This document shows, piece by piece, positions 59,776-64,000 of a stretch of DNA of 64,000 bases. Below the pieces are notes generated by a model. The model was not told the origin of the DNA, made no database searches, and was given only the letters and a program-made list of their open reading frames with translations. Origin of the DNA: a virus (lineage: Duplodnaviria > Caudoviricetes); IMG/VR virus record IMGVR_UViG_3300001525_000522, positions 1 through 64,000 of that record; one strand, written 5' to 3'. A program made the position numbers and the translations under genes. The number at the start of each line of letters is the position of its first letter. Position 1 is the stretch's first letter.

Positions 59776-59811
59776 AACAGAGGTAACCAACTTAAACCGG
59801 TTACCTCTGTT
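59776..59811. terminator. Hairpin between convergent operons (probably bidirectional terminator)
   Basis: Perfect 13-bp stem AACAGAGGTAACC/GGTTACCTCTGTT, 10-nt loop. Confidence 0.8.
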
Positions 59812-59830
59812 CTATATTTAAACATAAATT

Positions 59831-60325
59831 TTAATTATTATTTTCAGAATCTTCAAATGTAGGTGGAAGTTGTGGTACTCCTGAAACCTTTTCTAACAAT
59901 TGAGCCTGTAATCTTTTTCTTTCTCTGAGTTCTTCCTTAGCTCCTTGGGACTGAATAGAATTATTTTGTTGATTTTCAATATTTTGTATTACGTATAAAG
60001 GACCACCTGGAACAGATAATTTAGCCTTCTCTATTTCTAATTTAGCTCTCTCTATTTCATTCTTAGCATCATCTCTCAAAAGTTTTTCTTTAAGCATATA
60101 AGTATCTATAGCTAATTTAGCTGGAAACATTTTTTCTCCAGTATCTTTTGAGTTATCATCAAGAGCTGTATTTATGATTTTCATAGCCTTATCTAAAGCA
60201 GAGTCAATAACTTTATTTCTTTGTTTTTGTGCCTCAATTAAAGCCTCTGAAAATAAAATATCTGTTTCAGATTTAAGTGTTATTTGGTTTTGTTTTTTGG
60301 TTTTTCTCTTCATGACTTTTTTCAA
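59831..60325 (-). CDS. Hypothetical helical protein (small-terminase-like, speculative)
   Basis: 164 aa, helical coil, basic N-terminus. Confidence 0.55.
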   Translation of the reverse strand: MKKVMKRKTKKQNQITLKSETDILFSEALIEAQKQRNKVIDSALDKAMKIINTALDDNSKDTGEKMFPAKLAIDTYMLKEKLLRDDAKNEIERAKLEIEKAKLSVPGGPLYVIQNIENQQNNSIQSQGAKEELRERKRLQAQLLEKVSGVPQLPPTFEDSENNN

Positions 60326-60722
60326 CTATCCAATTAATAAAATCTGTTTCATTTCCAGTATAACCTTCTTGCAACCAAGTTTTATATGGATTTTCAAGAG
60401 ATTCATTGAAATCTTTATAAGCATGAACCATTAAAGCTGTAAATCTTGAAAGAGTTTTTTCTAATAAAACTGCTTTACCTTTTAAATCAACATTTTCCAA
60501 TAAAGCTTTCAAATGTTTATTAGGATAAAATATTCCTATTTCAGAAGTTTTATCATATTTTACTTTACCCTCTAAAACATCAAAAGATACTTTATTATCA
60601 GTTATACTGGATTCTAAGTAAGTTTGTTGAGTTGCTAAAAGAGCTGCATTATAAATAGCGTTTAATTCAGCTTTTTTTGCACTTGAAAGTTTTGTTAAAC
60701 TTTGTAAGTATGAATCGCGCAT
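60273..60722 (-). CDS. Hypothetical protein
   Basis: 149 aa in minus operon. Confidence 0.6.
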   Translation of the reverse strand: MRDSYLQSLTKLSSAKKAELNAIYNAALLATQQTYLESSITDNKVSFDVLEGKVKYDKTSEIGIFYPNKHLKALLENVDLKGKAVLLEKTLSRFTALMVHAYKDFNESLENPYKTWLQEGYTGNETDFINWIVEKSHEEKNQKTKPNNT

Positions 60723-60892
60723 AATAATTTTTTCACACCTTTAACAGTAGATGGTTGTTGTATTTCTACATCTGATTTTAATAAATCATCTAGTCTTTTT
60801 TTAACTTCATCAGTTAAATTGTAGGAATAAGATTCTAATTTAAGAATTAAGTTCTTTAGATATTCTGTCGTATCTTGCTTTTGAGAGTCCAT
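60695..60892 (-). CDS. Small hypothetical protein
   Basis: 65 aa overlapping both neighbours. Confidence 0.45.
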   Translation of the reverse strand: MDSQKQDTTEYLKNLILKLESYSYNLTDEVKKRLDDLLKSDVEIQQPSTVKGVKKLLCAIHTYKV

Positions 60893-61163
60893 TTAATATC
60901 TCCGGATTTGCAGATTTGGCTAAATCAAAATCACCAATAGCATCTACTAAACAAACTTGAACAATATGAGTAAATTCTTCTACAGTAGGAACTTCTATAG
61001 TTGTTCCACCAAAATATGAAAGCAAATTCATCAAATCATTAGGTTTTAAAATAAATGCCAATGCTGAATATGGATAAGTCCTTTTGCTTTTATACAGTTT
61101 TTCTAAAAGTTTTATAAGTATTTCCTTATTTACGGTATTAGAATATTTAATCTCCGAGCTCAT
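60840..61163 (-). CDS. Mor/C-like transcription regulator candidate
   Basis: LLSYFGGTTIEVP matches the Mor-family L...FGG..(I/V).IP motif. Confidence 0.5.
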   Translation of the reverse strand: MSSEIKYSNTVNKEILIKLLEKLYKSKRTYPYSALAFILKPNDLMNLLSYFGGTTIEVPTVEEFTHIVQVCLVDAIGDFDLAKSANPEILNGLSKARYDRISKELNS

Positions 61164-61875
61164 TTTGAAGATTTCTCCTAAATAATTTTATTCCAACTAA
61201 TACAAAATTTTTCTTAGATTTATCTAAAAATTTATTATAATTTATATAATAAATTAAGTCTATTGTGTATTTTTTAATTTCAACAGGAAGTTTAGCTAAA
61301 GCCAATTTTACAGATTTGTAAGATATGTTGTATTTAAGTGCAATTTCTTGAAAACCTTTAAAACTTTTTGGGTCTTCAACCCCTATTTCAGAAATTTCTC
61401 CATCTTTATCTGTTTGCAAAGGAATTTGAGTAAAATCCATATCGAAAATTGACTTATTATATTCAACTAAATATGAAAACATTACCATGTTAGCATATGC
61501 ACACCAATTATCTATTTTAGTCTGTCCTATAGCAGCTTCTAAAATATTTCCTTGTTTTTTCCATCTTTCGCACATTTTCATTGTGCAATAGTTGAGAAAA
61601 TCATCAGGTGTGCCGCCTTTACGAATTTTACTTTGGCCTTTTCTGATATAGCCTTTTCCTGTAGCTACAGAAGTCATTAAAGTTTTCATGTCCATAAAAA
61701 TTTCTTCTGTAGAATGAGCACTATTTATTCTATCATTTATTTCCTGTAAACTAGAATCTCCTTTTTTGGCTTCTATATTAGTCCTAGCACAATAAGACCC
61801 AGTTTCTTTTAGCCTTTGAATATTTAAGGCCATTCTTTCTTTTTTACTTAATTTCGGTTTTGGGGCTTCTACCAT
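61147..61875 (-). CDS. Divergent sigma-factor-like protein (candidate late sigma)
   Basis: DDFLNYCTMKMCERW (region 2.2-like), NWCAYANMVMFSYLVEYNK (resembles gp55 NPHAYITQACFNAFV), LALAKLP (region 4.1-like). Confidence 0.45.
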   Translation of the reverse strand: MVEAPKPKLSKKERMALNIQRLKETGSYCARTNIEAKKGDSSLQEINDRINSAHSTEEIFMDMKTLMTSVATGKGYIRKGQSKIRKGGTPDDFLNYCTMKMCERWKKQGNILEAAIGQTKIDNWCAYANMVMFSYLVEYNKSIFDMDFTQIPLQTDKDGEISEIGVEDPKSFKGFQEIALKYNISYKSVKLALAKLPVEIKKYTIDLIYYINYNKFLDKSKKNFVLVGIKLFRRNLQNELGD

Positions 61876-62193
61876 ATTTATATATACACTTAGTTTTTAT
61901 ATTTTTACATTTTTTTTTTCGGCTGTAATTATTTAAATTAAATTTTTAAATTTACTCGCATGCGCCTTGCGCCTGTTTGTTAGTAAGATATATATCATGT
62001 TGCTAGATTCTAATGTATAAATTATATATTTAAAAAAAAAATTTAAATTCTTTATTTTAAAACTCCTACTAACAATATAAAAAAAATTCCTGTGTAATCT
62101 CTGCCATTTTATGGTTAATTTAAAATCTCCATAATTATTTAAAATTATTAAAACAATGGCACGCATGGAGAAAAAAGTTCTGTATATCATAAT

Positions 62194-62682
62194 ATGATAA
62201 AAGCATCAGAATCCTTTTTGAGGAATTTAAAACTTTTAGAAAAATCCATAAATAAGCCTGGTAAATTTGTGAGTAGAGAGGATTTGCCAAATATTTTATG
62301 GGGTAATGCTCCTAGGAAAATAAAAGGACCTAAATGGTTTAAAGAAGAAGTTGAAAAGCATCATTGGATATATGGTAAAAATCTATGTGAATCATGCGGA
62401 GAATTATCAAATTCTTGTGAAAGACACGAATTATATGGATTATATAAAAATGAAAATAAGGATGTTTATATAAAATATGAAGGTTTGATGATGTTGTGTA
62501 AAAAATGTCATTCAAAGATTCATTTTGATTTGAGCAATAAAATTTTTAAACAAAGCCTAATTGATTATGCACCTCAATCAAATAGGATGAGAGATAAGAA
62601 ATTATGGAATTCTGCCGTAGGCTTAATAATAAATGATGAATTATATTCTTTTGAGGAATTAAATGTTAATAAGAAGTGTTGA
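62194..62682 (+). CDS. HNH endonuclease-like protein
   Basis: CESCG......RHE...LMMLCKKCHSKIH. Confidence 0.7.
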   Translation: MIKASESFLRNLKLLEKSINKPGKFVSREDLPNILWGNAPRKIKGPKWFKEEVEKHHWIYGKNLCESCGELSNSCERHELYGLYKNENKDVYIKYEGLMMLCKKCHSKIHFDLSNKIFKQSLIDYAPQSNRMRDKKLWNSAVGLIINDELYSFEELNVNKKC

Positions 62683-64000
62683 AAAAATTAAAGATAGAAA
62701 CTATCTTCAGATGGAATACGACAAATTATTTGTAGATAGGATGAAGGCAGCTATTCCATTTCCATTAAGACAGTGGGATGCAAATAAAAAACAATGGCAT
62801 TTCAGTGATAAAGGCTTAGAAATGCTTAGGAATCTTCCTAATGTGAAATTCTATGAAGATGCTTTAAATGAGGTTATAGATACATCTCAATATGATTTGC
62901 CTGTGCCATACAGAGGAATAGATGATAGAATAGATTTTGAAAAATTTAGAAGAGCTGCAACAGATACTTTGCCTGAATTATACCCTTATGATTTTCAAAA
63001 GAGAGGTATTTCGAGGTTAGTAAATATGGAGGCGCAAGGCCTATACTTCGAATGTGGTTTGGGGAAGACCTATACATCTATTTGTGCCGCAAAAGAGTTG
63101 ATGGACAGAGGTTTAGTAAAGCAGTGTTTAGTGATTTCTATGGTTTCCATAGCTATTAGTTCTTGGACTAATACATTAGACAGAATGGGTTATTCTTATC
63201 AAATTATAGATGGTCCATTGAAATATAGGCCTTCACTATTAAAACATTCTAAAGCAGATTTTATAATAACCTTGAGTACTTCTTGTGATGATGATAAATA
63301 TCCATTGTTAGATGAGGATAGCTTAAATTCAAAACATAAGAAAGGAAATTCTAGGAAGAGAAGAAGTTTTGTAGATGTGGCATTAGAAAATAAAAAGTTA
63401 ATGCTTATAGTAGATGAACTTCATAAGATGAGCAATACACAGTCAGGAAGATTTAAGTGCTTATTAAAAATCAGAAAAGGCTGTGTCAGAGGAATAGGCC
63501 TTACAGGCACTGTTATGAAATCTACTCCAGAAAAATGTTTGCTTCCTTTGAGATTTGAATACCCAGATGTTTTTTCTAGAAAATCAGAATTTGAAAATGC
63601 CTTTACAATTAAGGAGCAAGGCCGATTTGGAATGAATATCGTAGGTTATAGGAATTTAGATATTCTTAAAAATATTCTTTTTCGTGCAGGAATGCCTGCT
63701 TTGAAAAAGGATTATCTTAAAGATTTACCTCCTTTATTGCCACCTAAACTGATTTATTGTGAAACAGATGACATATCCATAAAATTGGTAGATAAAATCA
63801 GGAATGAGGAAGCGTGCAAATTAGGTAAAGGTGACGAGTATACAGAACTTAAAGATGTTTATATAAGAACACATGAGGCTTTAGTATGCCCATCGATGTT
63901 TGACCCTAAATTAAGAGCGACAAACAGATTAGAAGCTGTAGCAGATTGCCTTGACAATTTAGATGGAAAAACTGTAATTTTCACTACATTAAAATCAGCT
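62663..64000 (+). CDS. SNF2-family (SF2) helicase, runs off window end (missing from ORF track)
   Basis: ATG 62663 after gagg; LYPYDFQKRG (Q motif), FECGLGKT, IVDELH, GLTGT. Confidence 0.85.
   Translation, partial: MLIRSVEKIKDRNYLQMEYDKLFVDRMKAAIPFPLRQWDANKKQWHFSDKGLEMLRNLPNVKFYEDALNEVIDTSQYDLPVPYRGIDDRIDFEKFRRAATDTLPELYPYDFQKRGISRLVNMEAQGLYFECGLGKTYTSICAAKELMDRGLVKQCLVISMVSIAISSWTNTLDRMGYSYQIIDGPLKYRPSLLKHSKADFIITLSTSCDDDKYPLLDEDSLNSKHKKGNSRKRRSFVDVALENKKLMLIVDELHKMSNTQSGRFKCLLKIRKGCVRGIGLTGTVMKSTPEKCLLPLRFEYPDVFSRKSEFENAFTIKEQGRFGMNIVGYRNLDILKNILFRAGMPALKKDYLKDLPPLLPPKLIYCETDDISIKLVDKIRNEEACKLGKGDEYTELKDVYIRTHEALVCPSMFDPKLRATNRLEAVADCLDNLDGKTVIFTTLKSA

Noticed and set aside
61933-62190. 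85-aa minus-strand ORF
   Set aside because: Crosses homopolymer-rich intergenic DNA with no SD or protein-like content
1-64000. Genome-wide stop-codon reassignment (TGA=Trp or TAG=Gln)
   Set aside because: Large genes are intact in code 11, Trp is TGG, and TGA ends many genes in ATGA overlaps; only one in-frame TGA case (7182)
1-64000. CRISPR mini-array, tRNA or intron
   Set aside because: No regularly spaced direct repeats, no cloverleaf with T-loop, and core genes are uninterrupted

Overview
64-kb segment of a large, AT-rich dsDNA myovirus with a T4-like morphogenesis module. It reads in the standard code (TGA is used as a stop in many ATGA overlaps; long genes contain no in-frame TGA). 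Order: MoxR-type AAA+ / HExxH peptidase / vWA triad (0.4-3.6 kb); an island of small genes behind a sigma70/sigA-type promoter (3.7-9.1 kb); several modular tail-fibre/adhesin genes (9.2-22 kb); portal, BspA-like LRR paralogs, protease-scaffold, and major capsid flanked by a broken and an intact Hef-like homing endonuclease (22-33 kb); a second small-gene island with a near-twin promoter (34-36.4 kb); neck, sheath, tube, tape measure and baseplate (38.9-59.8 kb), with a cluster of paralogs, an ART-SWIM fusion and a ParB-like gene inserted between the neck genes; a convergent minus-strand operon with divergent sigma-like and Mor-like proteins; then an HNH protein and a SNF2 helicase running off the window end. 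A Gram-positive (Bacillota-type) host is an inference from extended -10 promoters, strong SD sites, YopX and BspA-type LRRs. I saw no tRNA, rRNA, CRISPR array, reverse transcriptase, integrase, large terminase or lysin. Best leads: (i) an eight-member paralog family sharing one N-terminal motif, plus A-x-E|A/S propeptide-like sites, suggesting a head-cargo system; (ii) a recurring terminator + CAAWWWTNWAT motif that may be the late promoter of the sigma/Mor-like module. All family assignments come from reading motifs by eye; no database searches were run.
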